DNA from: a virus
Taxonomy: Duplodnaviria; Caudoviricetes
Length of the DNA stretch: 38,962 nt
Virus record (IMG/VR): IMGVR_UViG_3300046710_000155
Coordinates: 1-38,962 of that record
Strand: one strand, 5' to 3'
This document shows, piece by piece, positions 1-7,200 of this stretch; within the stretch, counting starts at the first letter, position 1, and the number at the start of each line of letters is the position of its first letter. A program made the translations under genes and the position numbers. The notes beneath the pieces are model-generated. The model had not been told where the DNA came from, made no database searches, and saw nothing but the letters and a program-made list of their open reading frames with translations.

Positions 1-127
1 GCCTGATCCTCCGGCCAAAATACTGGATGTAAGTTGTAGTTATAGTCAATTTATACTGGAAGCCGACAGGCTGGGGTTTGACGCTTACGGTATAGACGTT
101 AATGATTATGGAGTTGAATATAGCAAG
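1..127. repeat. 127-bp exact overlap with the contig end (circularisation overlap)
   Basis: 1-127 is identical to 38836-38962 and an ORF reads in frame across the junction. Confidence 0.95.
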
Positions 128-568
128 TTTATAAAAGCAGACGCTCGTAATATGCCATTTGAAAATAAGTCATTTGACGTAATAACCTGTATCAGTGCTT
201 TAGAGCATTACGGGTTAGTAGAGACTCCTTATAATAGTGATACTGTCTTAGACCAGGAAGCTCCGTTTACAGCCTTAGCAGAAATGGCAAGAGTAATTAA
301 AGATGATGGCATGATAATTCTTACTTTGCCTTTTGGATACGGTGAAGGTGAATGGTTAAAGTGGGTTAAATTTTATAACCGTGATTCAATCAGGAAGTTA
401 AATAATGTTGGAGGATTATTTGTATTTAAACAAAAAATCAAAGCTTGTGTAAATAATATCTGGGTAGATATTGACGAAATAGAAGGCGAAAAGATTTTAA
501 CAACTGACAAAGTAAACTGTAATGTTTGCCTAATATTTAAGAAGATTAAAGATATTAAAATATGCTGA
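1..568 (+). CDS. Class I SAM-dependent methyltransferase, 3' part (gene starts at 38735 across the junction)
   Basis: Joined frame gives KILDVSCSYS...AYGIDV...FIKADARNMPFENKSFDVITCISALEH...LAEMARVIKDDG, a Methyltransf_11-like pattern. Confidence 0.85.
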   Translation, partial: PDPPAKILDVSCSYSQFILEADRLGFDAYGIDVNDYGVEYSKFIKADARNMPFENKSFDVITCISALEHYGLVETPYNSDTVLDQEAPFTALAEMARVIKDDGMIILTLPFGYGEGEWLKWVKFYNRDSIRKLNNVGGLFVFKQKIKACVNNIWVDIDEIEGEKILTTDKVNCNVCLIFKKIKDIKIC

Positions 569-708
569 CTAATAAATTAATGTGCAACGGTGAGCAGGTG
601 TTTTGCTATCATAACGCAAGAGGACACTATATGCCTAAGTTACAATTTGACCAGTTAGGGTTTACTGACGATGTTATAGAATACTTGAATAGGATTAGTA
701 TTGCTTGA
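562..708 (+). CDS. 48-aa hypothetical protein, possibly a gene remnant
   Basis: MLTNKLMCNGEQVFCYHNARG...NRISIA; overlaps upstream stop; its TGA lies within the following TTGACA. Confidence 0.35.
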   Translation: MLTNKLMCNGEQVFCYHNARGHYMPKLQFDQLGFTDDVIEYLNRISIA

Positions 709-733
709 CATATTGCAATCTTTATATTATGAT
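705..733 (+). promoter_or_regulatory. Sigma70/SigA-type cassette promoter A
   Basis: TTGACA-17 nt-TATGAT with conserved spacer tattgcaatctttatat. Confidence 0.85.
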
Positions 734-763
734 GGATATATTAATTAATATAAAGGAGTTTTT

Positions 764-1285
764 ATGGATAACACAACAAGTAGTGAAGTAGCAAACCTAG
801 AAGAACAATGTCAAAAACGGCTGGAAATTATTCACAGGTTACAGGATAAAATTGCTGAACTTGAAAAGGAAAATACTGGATTAAAAAGATTTAAAGATAT
901 TGATGAACAACTTCTTAAAAATCTAAATGAAACAATCAGAGACCTAGAACATAGAAATGAAATGGGGTCTGAACAAAATTTTAATCTTAAAGTTAAATTA
1001 GATTCTATCAAGACATTGTATAGGGAAGAAGTAGAAAAGATACTGTTTGATATAAGACGTGATAATGATAACAGTTCGTATTCAAGACTAAAACGAGTTG
1101 ATGATTTTGACAAAGCTATTACCGCCATATGTAATCTTGCTATACCTGAAAATATATGCAAAATGAAAACCTATAAAGATGGTAAATTAAAATCAGAAAA
1201 GACATTTATAGCAAATGAAATATGCTATAAAGATGATTTACAATCTGTAATAGATGATGAATATAGATTTAAAAGTTTAGAATAA
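764..1285 (+). CDS. Coiled-coil hypothetical protein (cassette A cargo)
   Basis: AAGGAG RBS; heptad-rich N-terminal half; between promoter and terminator. Confidence 0.75.
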   Translation: MDNTTSSEVANLEEQCQKRLEIIHRLQDKIAELEKENTGLKRFKDIDEQLLKNLNETIRDLEHRNEMGSEQNFNLKVKLDSIKTLYREEVEKILFDIRRDNDNSSYSRLKRVDDFDKAITAICNLAIPENICKMKTYKDGKLKSEKTFIANEICYKDDLQSVIDDEYRFKSLE

Positions 1286-1313
1286 CTAATTAAGGATAAT
1301 TAAATATAAAATT

Positions 1314-1339
1314 AAGCACTCTCAACAGGGTGCTTTTTT
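1314..1339 (+). terminator. Intrinsic terminator closing cassette A
   Basis: aagcactct-caac-agggtgctt plus T-tract. Confidence 0.85.
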
Positions 1340-1354
1340 ATTGGAGATAAATAT

Positions 1355-1975
1355 TTGAGTACAGTAGCTTGCATAATCACATACAACGATATGCCCTTGA
1401 TAAAAGACTGTCTGGAAAGTGTAATTAACAAATGCGACAAAATTATAGTTATCGATGGCAAATACACCGATTATCCAGGTGATATTTCATACTCTACGGA
1501 TGGCACAATTGAGTATATCTTATCAATGCAGAAAGTCTGTAACCTACAGTTATTTTTTGGCAATATAACCGATGAAGTAGGCAAGAGAAACCAGTATCTG
1601 GATTTGGTTGATGAAAATGACATCGTTCTAAACTTGGATAGTGACGAGGTCTTAATCGGCGATATACCAGAACTCACTGCTGATTTTGGAGTTTTAGATT
1701 TACATGACATGGTTGGAAAGCACGTTCAACATCGGGCAAATAGATTATTCAAGTTTAAAGATGGCATGGAGTATAAAAATACGCATTGCACACTTTATTT
1801 TCAAGGTAAAATTATTAACAAATTACAAGAAATTATTAATCCAGATTTTACACATGAACATATAACGAGTTGTTATATAGAACATTACTGGAATAAGAGG
1901 GATGATTTGAGAAAATATAATAAAGGTTTATATTATAAAAAACTTGTGCAAAGCGAGGCTGGACAGATTAAATGA
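1355..1975 (+). CDS. GT-A fold (GT2-like) glycosyltransferase
   Basis: ACIITYND...CLESV...IIVIDG...STDGT...KRNQYL...LDSDE (DxD motif). Confidence 0.85.
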   Translation: MSTVACIITYNDMPLIKDCLESVINKCDKIIVIDGKYTDYPGDISYSTDGTIEYILSMQKVCNLQLFFGNITDEVGKRNQYLDLVDENDIVLNLDSDEVLIGDIPELTADFGVLDLHDMVGKHVQHRANRLFKFKDGMEYKNTHCTLYFQGKIINKLQEIINPDFTHEHITSCYIEHYWNKRDDLRKYNKGLYYKKLVQSEAGQIK

Positions 1976-2265
1976 ATATTCCCCAGAATGTCAAAATAGG
2001 TAGTATAGTATACAGTGTAGTAATGGAAAATGTTAAGCATGAAGGTTTATCTGAGAATAATAATTGGGGAAAGATTAATTTTGACGAGTGTAAAATTTAT
2101 CTTAATGATACCCTTGCAGACCAGAAAATTCCAGAAGTATTTTTTCATGAAGTTTTACACGGGATAGAACATCATTTTTGCATGGATTTAAAAGAAGTGG
2201 AAATTGACAGGCTATCTCATGGAATAACAGCATTTTTAAAAGAAAACAATTTACTAAAGGACTAA
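1972..2265 (+). CDS. Small zincin-like metallopeptidase-domain protein
   Basis: WGKINFDECKIYLN...FFHEVLHGI (HExxH) with downstream Glu. Confidence 0.7.
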   Translation: MNIPQNVKIGSIVYSVVMENVKHEGLSENNNWGKINFDECKIYLNDTLADQKIPEVFFHEVLHGIEHHFCMDLKEVEIDRLSHGITAFLKENNLLKD

Positions 2266-2267
2266 TT

Positions 2268-2774
2268 ATGCCTGAACAATTGATTGGAATTATAAGAGAA
2301 TATATTGAAGATTTAACAGTACCATACGCAGTTACTGACGCGGTTATCGAAAGGCTACTTAACAAAAGCCGCCATTACATTGCGAATTATTATCAGATAT
2401 TTGCGGAGGATTACCCGTATTACAATTTGAGCAGGGTGTATCTGATCCGCTATAACAATCTAATGAACGTTATCCTCAAAGATGGCGCTGATGTTGTTAT
2501 AACTGATACTAACTACACCATTGACGTTGAGAATGGGCTGGTTACTTTTGACGCTGGTTATACAATACCGGCAGCAGTTTATGCAGAGTTTAATTACTTT
2601 GACTTGATGGATACAATCGCAGAAATCTGGAAATATAGAATGGCGCTGGCACAAATAAGTGGGGATGTAAGACTTGGAGATGAGACTTTGCCTAAGGATA
2701 AATCCTATAAAGAATATTGTTTCGGTAAATATTGCGATTTCAAGCAAAGCAAGAATATACAAATGACAAGATAG
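2268..2774 (+). CDS. Putative head-tail adaptor/connector
   Basis: Position after head genes; helical termini (IIREYIED...TDAVIERLL) with inserted beta domain (NYTIDVENGLVTF). Confidence 0.6.
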   Translation: MPEQLIGIIREYIEDLTVPYAVTDAVIERLLNKSRHYIANYYQIFAEDYPYYNLSRVYLIRYNNLMNVILKDGADVVITDTNYTIDVENGLVTFDAGYTIPAAVYAEFNYFDLMDTIAEIWKYRMALAQISGDVRLGDETLPKDKSYKEYCFGKYCDFKQSKNIQMTR

Positions 2775-2777
2775 TTG

Positions 2778-2806
2778 TTGACATATTGATACCTTTATAT
2801 TATGAT
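2778..2806 (+). promoter_or_regulatory. Cassette promoter B
   Basis: TTGACA-tattgatacctttatat-TATGAT. Confidence 0.85.
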
Positions 2807-2838
2807 AGATATATTAATTAATATGAGGGAGTCTGGTT

Positions 2839-3093
2839 ATGGAATATTTGATAACAAAACAAGATTTAATTGATTTAAGCAAAAAGCTATATCCTAATCA
2901 TATGACTTTTACAGATATCGGTGAGTTTCTTGAATCCAAACAACCAGTAGAAGTAATGGCAGAGGGTGAAATCAGCACAAATATTTATAATGATGATTAT
3001 TTTATCGGGGATATATCAAACGATAAATTAACAGATATTTTAGTAGGGTATGCAGGTAAGCAAGTTAAACTCTATATTGAGGTGTCCAAATGA
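2839..3093 (+). CDS. Hypothetical protein (cassette B), paralog of 3212-3424
   Basis: RBS gagggag; shared pattern V..A.G.I...IGD...K.(V/I)...I.V. Confidence 0.7.
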   Translation: MEYLITKQDLIDLSKKLYPNHMTFTDIGEFLESKQPVEVMAEGEISTNIYNDDYFIGDISNDKLTDILVGYAGKQVKLYIEVSK

Positions 3094-3215
3094 AAATCCT
3101 AACCCTCCGCCTCCCTATGGAATTATATGATAAATTATGGCAAATACATTCAGACACCCGAAATAATATCAACTCGATAATTATTGAGCTGATAGAGAAG
3201 GGGTTGGAGAAATGA
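3090..3215 (+). CDS. 41-aa Arc/ribbon-helix-helix DNA-binding protein (not in ORF track)
   Basis: MKILTLRLPMELYDKLWQIHSDTRNNINSIIIELIEKGLEK; gaggtg RBS; ATGA overlaps at both ends. Confidence 0.75.
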   Translation: MKILTLRLPMELYDKLWQIHSDTRNNINSIIIELIEKGLEK

Positions 3216-3424
3216 TTATAAAAATAGGAGATAAACCAGATTATACTACAATGGAAGAAGTCAAAGAAATATTTACCGATGATGGTGTAATAATTGCAAG
3301 TGGTAAAATATTACCGTCTGCTTATGGAATGCTCATTGGAGATAAAACAATGCAGGAAGTCAGTAATAGAATAGCCGAGTATTGGAATAAAAACATTGAG
3401 ATAATAATAAAGGTAGTAGAATGA
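3212..3424 (+). CDS. Hypothetical protein (cassette B)
   Basis: Translationally coupled ORF. Confidence 0.65.
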   Translation: MIIKIGDKPDYTTMEEVKEIFTDDGVIIASGKILPSAYGMLIGDKTMQEVSNRIAEYWNKNIEIIIKVVE

Positions 3425-3669
3425 AAAGAATATTAGAGCAACCTAAAATTATAGTCTATGAGAATGTTGAAAAAATTGTTGATGTGCTTGAAAAATTATA
3501 TGATGAAGATCATGATAATTTCGAGTTTATTGCAGAAGAAATTTTAAAAGTTCTTGGTATTGATAAAGGCAAGAAAACAGAAATAAGTATGTTTGAAAAT
3601 AATGTGCAAGCAACATTGGTTACCAATAAAAAGGGTATTGCTAAAGTAGTGATAGGCTTGGCAAAATAA
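3421..3669 (+). CDS. Hypothetical protein (cassette B)
   Basis: Coupled ORF; KIVDVLEK...IAEEILKVL motif shared with 38204 and 38335 ORFs. Confidence 0.65.
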   Translation: MKRILEQPKIIVYENVEKIVDVLEKLYDEDHDNFEFIAEEILKVLGIDKGKKTEISMFENNVQATLVTNKKGIAKVVIGLAK

Positions 3670-3947
3670 TGACTAAACTTGAAAAACTTATTAAAGAAAA
3701 ATGCGATGTTCCAATAGTTTCGGTTAAGATTTATAAAGCTGATAAATTGGCAGAGGAACTCGGGGTTGCAGTTAATGAAATAATTGCGACAGTAAAGTTT
3801 TGTATTTCAACCTCAGCAACAAGTGAACTTTTGAAAAGCGCTGACAAAGAAGATTTGGCTGGTTTAATAGCAAAATATATCGATGAAACATATAAAGAAA
3901 AAATGGAATTGGCAGGAATTAAAGAAGCAGAATTTGTAATAAAATAA
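3669..3947 (+). CDS. Hypothetical protein (cassette B)
   Basis: TAATG-coupled ORF. Confidence 0.65.
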   Translation: MTKLEKLIKEKCDVPIVSVKIYKADKLAEELGVAVNEIIATVKFCISTSATSELLKSADKEDLAGLIAKYIDETYKEKMELAGIKEAEFVIK

Positions 3948-3968
3948 ACTATTAAACAATTTTAAATT

Positions 3969-3996
3969 AAGAGTCTCTTAACGGAGGCTCTTTTTT
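3969..3996 (+). terminator. Intrinsic terminator closing cassette B
   Basis: aagagtctc-ttaacg-gaggctctt plus T-tract. Confidence 0.85.
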
Positions 3997-4008
3997 ATTG
4001 GAGATAAA

Positions 4009-4398
4009 ATGTCAGAATTATATATTTCAATTCGTAACAGACAAGCCGATATCATAAACCAGAATCCAGCGTCTATAATAATATCGCGAATTACGAATGT
4101 CGACGACGGAGCAGGTGGCTGGCTTCCAACAACATCGACCTTAGCAAGCCAGACTGTAAGAATCTATGACTCTACTGTTAAGGATATGGCGGTATTGCTT
4201 GTTTCTGATAGTGGCTATCATAAAAGCAGAATCAAAAAGATGATTGCGCTCTGGAATTCGGACTTCGAAGCAGAAAACGAAACTTTTTTAGATACATTCA
4301 GTTATAACAGCTCAGATTACAAAATTGTCGACGTGAAGCCTAAGAGGACACAGGATTATGTTGTATATAAAGAGGTATTTATTGAGGAGATAGCATGA
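4009..4398 (+). CDS. Putative head closure/stopper protein
   Basis: Synteny; DDGAGGW motif and C-terminal DTF...YKIVDV beta pattern. Confidence 0.6.
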   Translation: MSELYISIRNRQADIINQNPASIIISRITNVDDGAGGWLPTTSTLASQTVRIYDSTVKDMAVLLVSDSGYHKSRIKKMIALWNSDFEAENETFLDTFSYNSSDYKIVDVKPKRTQDYVVYKEVFIEEIA

Positions 4399-4787
4399 GT
4401 GGATCAGCCAATGTTATAAAAAATATGTGGGCTTGGGCTACTCTAAAACGTGCAGGTATCGAGGCTACTTCTTTAAATACCGCTGGGAATATGGAAAATT
4501 GGGCTAAAGTAAACAGCCCCTGGAATAGTGGGCCTCCTAATAGTGGTAATGCAAGAGCAGGATTACACGCTGGGATGTATTGGGAAAGTCCTACAGTATT
4601 AAAAATCTACATAGCTCACGGGATGTCTTACGGTGTATATCTTGAACTTGCCGGAGGTGGCAATAAACGTGTCGATGGTGTATACGTGGAAATGGCAAAT
4701 GATGGCAAGTATGCAATTCTTTCACCGACTATAAACAAATTTAAAAATGGTTGGTTTAATTCAGTTAAAAAGATTATGGAGCATTAA
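4395..4787 (+). CDS. HK97 gp10-like tail completion protein
   Basis: AKVNSPW...GNARAGL...HGMSYGVYLEL...KYAILSPTI. Confidence 0.75.
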   Translation: MSGSANVIKNMWAWATLKRAGIEATSLNTAGNMENWAKVNSPWNSGPPNSGNARAGLHAGMYWESPTVLKIYIAHGMSYGVYLELAGGGNKRVDGVYVEMANDGKYAILSPTINKFKNGWFNSVKKIMEH

Positions 4788-5008
4788 TGAAAACACAAGA
4801 TTGGTATAACATTAAGATTAACGGGGTAAAAGATAATCAGTTACAATGTGAAATTGAATTGAAGCATATCCCTTTTAGTTTTATGTGGAAGGGCATAAGA
4901 GAAAAATATATAATACCGTTTTATCGTTATCCAGATATATTATTTGCCACTATAAGAGTATGGTTTAAAGCCAATAGGAGCATCAATGAGAAAAGCAATA
5001 ATTGTTGA
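4787..5008 (+). CDS. Hypothetical protein
   Basis: TAATG-coupled ORF with ggag RBS. Confidence 0.55.
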   Translation: MKTQDWYNIKINGVKDNQLQCEIELKHIPFSFMWKGIREKYIIPFYRYPDILFATIRVWFKANRSINEKSNNC

Positions 5009-5369
5009 ACTTAAAAAAATAACAGACTTTAGCAATCGTATATATCAAGCCTTTGCCGCTCCGGTCGGAGTTATTAAACCTTATCTAACCGTTAAATTAA
5101 CTGGGGAAAATCCTGCTGTAAATAATAAAGTAGGCTCTGTATTAGAGTTTCAAGTTTTTATATACAATAGCCCAGGGTCATTTATAAGTTTAGATGATTT
5201 GGAACTCAAAGTTAGAAAACAATTACACGGCATTTTGCTTTCAACCGATGAATCACCAGCGCGATTTTTTACTTGTTATTACGATAGAACTCTTCCCGAT
5301 TTTTTTGATGATGTGGCTAATCTATTTCAAAAGACTATATATTTTTATATACCTATGGCGAGAAAATAA
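4986..5369 (+). CDS. Putative tail terminator protein
   Basis: RIYQAFAAP...KPYLTVKL...FQVFIY...SLDDL; synteny upstream of major tail gene. Confidence 0.65.
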   Translation: MRKAIIVELKKITDFSNRIYQAFAAPVGVIKPYLTVKLTGENPAVNNKVGSVLEFQVFIYNSPGSFISLDDLELKVRKQLHGILLSTDESPARFFTCYYDRTLPDFFDDVANLFQKTIYFYIPMARK

Positions 5370-5373
5370 TGAC

Positions 5374-5402
5374 TTGACATATTGATACCTTTATATTATG
5401 AT
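5374..5402 (+). promoter_or_regulatory. Cassette promoter C
   Basis: TTGACA-tattgatacctttatat-TATGAT, identical to promoter B. Confidence 0.85.
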
Positions 5403-5440
5403 AGATATACAATATTATTTCTAGAATAATATTTGATTAA

Positions 5441-5531
5441 ATTAACACCTTTCCGTGGGAATATTCACCTGGGGGGAGATTCTAATATCTCTGGTTCGGT
5501 GAGCGCCGTCGTCCAGACCGAGGGTGTTAAT
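5441..5531 (+). ncRNA. Candidate structured RNA (leader or sRNA)
   Basis: GC-rich island closed by ATTAACACCTT/AGGGTGTTAAT with internal stems GTGG/TCAC, CTGGG/TCCAG, GGAGAT/ATCTCT. Confidence 0.5.
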
Positions 5532-5552
5532 AAATAATATAAAGGAGGCTAT

Positions 5553-5816
5553 ATGAGAATAAAAACGGAATTAGAAATAAAAGATATCGCTAAAAGTGTG
5601 GCATATGAAGTTTTGGAAAAGAAAGGAATTGTTTATGTTAAATATGAGTCTTTTTTTCTTGGTTTTGGTAAGATGATAGAAGTAAACATGATTAAGGTTT
5701 TAAGCGATAAAATTAAAAAACTTGAAAAATTAACAGGATTTAATGCTGACGATTATGATTGGCAAACAGAAAATACAAGCAAAACAAAGTTAGTTAAAAA
5801 AGAGAAAGAGAAATAA
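5553..5816 (+). CDS. Hypothetical protein (cassette C), C-terminus paralogous to 26961-27236
   Basis: AAGGAGG RBS; KLEKLTGFNADDYDWQTE..KTKLVKK. Confidence 0.75.
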   Translation: MRIKTELEIKDIAKSVAYEVLEKKGIVYVKYESFFLGFGKMIEVNMIKVLSDKIKKLEKLTGFNADDYDWQTENTSKTKLVKKEKEK

Positions 5817-5839
5817 AAATTATTTAATATGAAGTTTAT

Positions 5840-5916
5840 GGAGATTGTAGCTCAGAGAAATCATGGAAGAGCGTAGCAAAGACTAAGGCTGAGGGTTCGA
5901 ATCCTTCCAGTCTCCA
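5840..5916 (+). ncRNA. tRNA-like RNA with truncated anticodon arm
   Basis: Acceptor GGAGATTG/CAGTCTCC, D stem GCTC/GAGC, T arm GAGGG-TTCGAAT-CCTTC; anticodon arm only TAG-CAAAGA-CTA. Confidence 0.75.
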
Positions 5917-5945
5917 CAAAATTTTAACAATTTATTATCAACAAT

Positions 5946-5971
5946 GAGAACTCCACTTGGGGTTCTTTTTT
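5946..5971 (+). terminator. Intrinsic terminator closing cassette C
   Basis: gagaactcc-actt-ggggttctt plus T-tract. Confidence 0.8.
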
Positions 5972-5998
5972 ATTTGTAAAAACAAGAAAGGAAATATT

Positions 5999-6553
5999 AT
6001 GAGTATTATGTATGGAGTTCGTCAAATAAGGGTAACACCCGAACTTGACAGTGGTGCAGCAGACGGATCAGCGGTAGCAATAAATTCTACTATGATTCAG
6101 CAAGTAGGAATGAGTTCAATCTATATCGACGGTGCAGAAGGTGTACAGCGTGGTGGAGATAGTATCAAAGCAGTTGTAAAAGAAGATGACACATATTCAG
6201 GAGAAGATTTAACACTGGATTTTGCAGCATTAGAGCCAGCGTTGAAAAAGGCAATAGTAGGTGGAGTTGTAGTAGCTAATAAATGGAGCGCTCCTAAAGA
6301 CGCTACTGAAAATCCTTATCCATTCAGACTTGAAGTATGGCAGGCAAATTATACTGAATCCGATAGTGAATCAAGTCAAGACGGATTTGTAAAACATGAG
6401 TTTGCATACTGTAAGGGTAGACTTGGTGGCAATAACGGGAATCAGCAAGCTTTTTCCAATGACCAGTTCACTGTTAGAGCAAGGAAAAATGCGTCTAATC
6501 CATCAGCTATTGAAAGCCCTTGGACACATGATGAAGTTTCAGCAATAGTATAG
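5999..6553 (+). CDS. Major tail tube protein
   Basis: ATG after aagga RBS; MYGVRQIRVT...RGGD...HEFAYCKG; upstream of chaperone and tape measure. Confidence 0.75.
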   Translation: MSIMYGVRQIRVTPELDSGAADGSAVAINSTMIQQVGMSSIYIDGAEGVQRGGDSIKAVVKEDDTYSGEDLTLDFAALEPALKKAIVGGVVVANKWSAPKDATENPYPFRLEVWQANYTESDSESSQDGFVKHEFAYCKGRLGGNNGNQQAFSNDQFTVRARKNASNPSAIESPWTHDEVSAIV

Positions 6554-6560
6554 GGGTAAT

Positions 6561-6965
6561 ATGGATAAATTAAAGATAACTAAAAAAGAAGATTTACAGA
6601 AATTCAACGAGGGTGAAATTGTGGAATTGCCTAGTTTCGATGACAACACACCCTTCGTTGCTAAACTCAAACGTCCATCACTACTGGCTTTATGTAAGGG
6701 CGGACAGATACCAAATACCTTACTCGGAAGCGCGCAGGAATTGTTTGAAGGCAAACAGAAATCAGATATTAAAAAGTATGCTGAAATATTGGATGTTGTT
6801 TTAACTGCTGCTATGGTTGAGCCGCAATATGGGGAGGTGGAGGGTATTTTAACTGATATGCAGAAACTTGCAATATTTGCTTTTACACAATCAGGAATAA
6901 AAGCTCTCATTCCGTTTCGTGAAATCGAACGCATTCAAAAGGGCAGTAATATTAGCAAAGAATAA
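6561..6965 (+). CDS. Tail assembly chaperone (G-like)
   Basis: IVELPSF...AKLKRPSLLAL...IPNTLL...LTDMQ...KALIPFR; synteny. Confidence 0.8.
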   Translation: MDKLKITKKEDLQKFNEGEIVELPSFDDNTPFVAKLKRPSLLALCKGGQIPNTLLGSAQELFEGKQKSDIKKYAEILDVVLTAAMVEPQYGEVEGILTDMQKLAIFAFTQSGIKALIPFREIERIQKGSNISKE

Positions 6966-7131
6966 TAACAAAGTTGTGTCTGATGTTTTGGGTATAGAAG
7001 ATTTATACGAGAAATTTTGTATAGATGAGACGGCTGATTTTCTGTATTTTCAATGGAGAAATGAAGCAAAGAATAAAGCAGAGTTTGAAGATTCTATGAA
7101 TAAACATTCTAAGAAAAAGGTTTCCGGTTAA
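6916..7131 (+). CDS. Tail assembly chaperone T-like extension, likely via +1 frameshift
   Basis: Overlapping +1 frame opening at CCG-TTT-CGT; SDVLGIEDLYEKFCIDE motif. Confidence 0.65.
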   Translation, partial: FVKSNAFKRAVILAKNNNKVVSDVLGIEDLYEKFCIDETADFLYFQWRNEAKNKAEFEDSMNKHSKKKVSG

Positions 7132-7162
7132 CCTTAAAACCGGCAATTAAATAGCAAACTAT

Positions 7163-7187
7163 ATCGCTCATTTCAGGGCGATTTTTT
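7163..7187 (+). terminator. Terminator-like hairpin directly upstream of tape measure gene
   Basis: atcgctc-atttca-gggcgat plus T-tract then ATTGGAG. Confidence 0.65.
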
Positions 7188-7200
7188 ATTGGAGAAAATT

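Noticed and set aside
1-127. Direct terminal repeat as a physical genome end
   Set aside because: Length equals a common assembler k-mer and it falls mid-gene; best read as a circular assembly overlap
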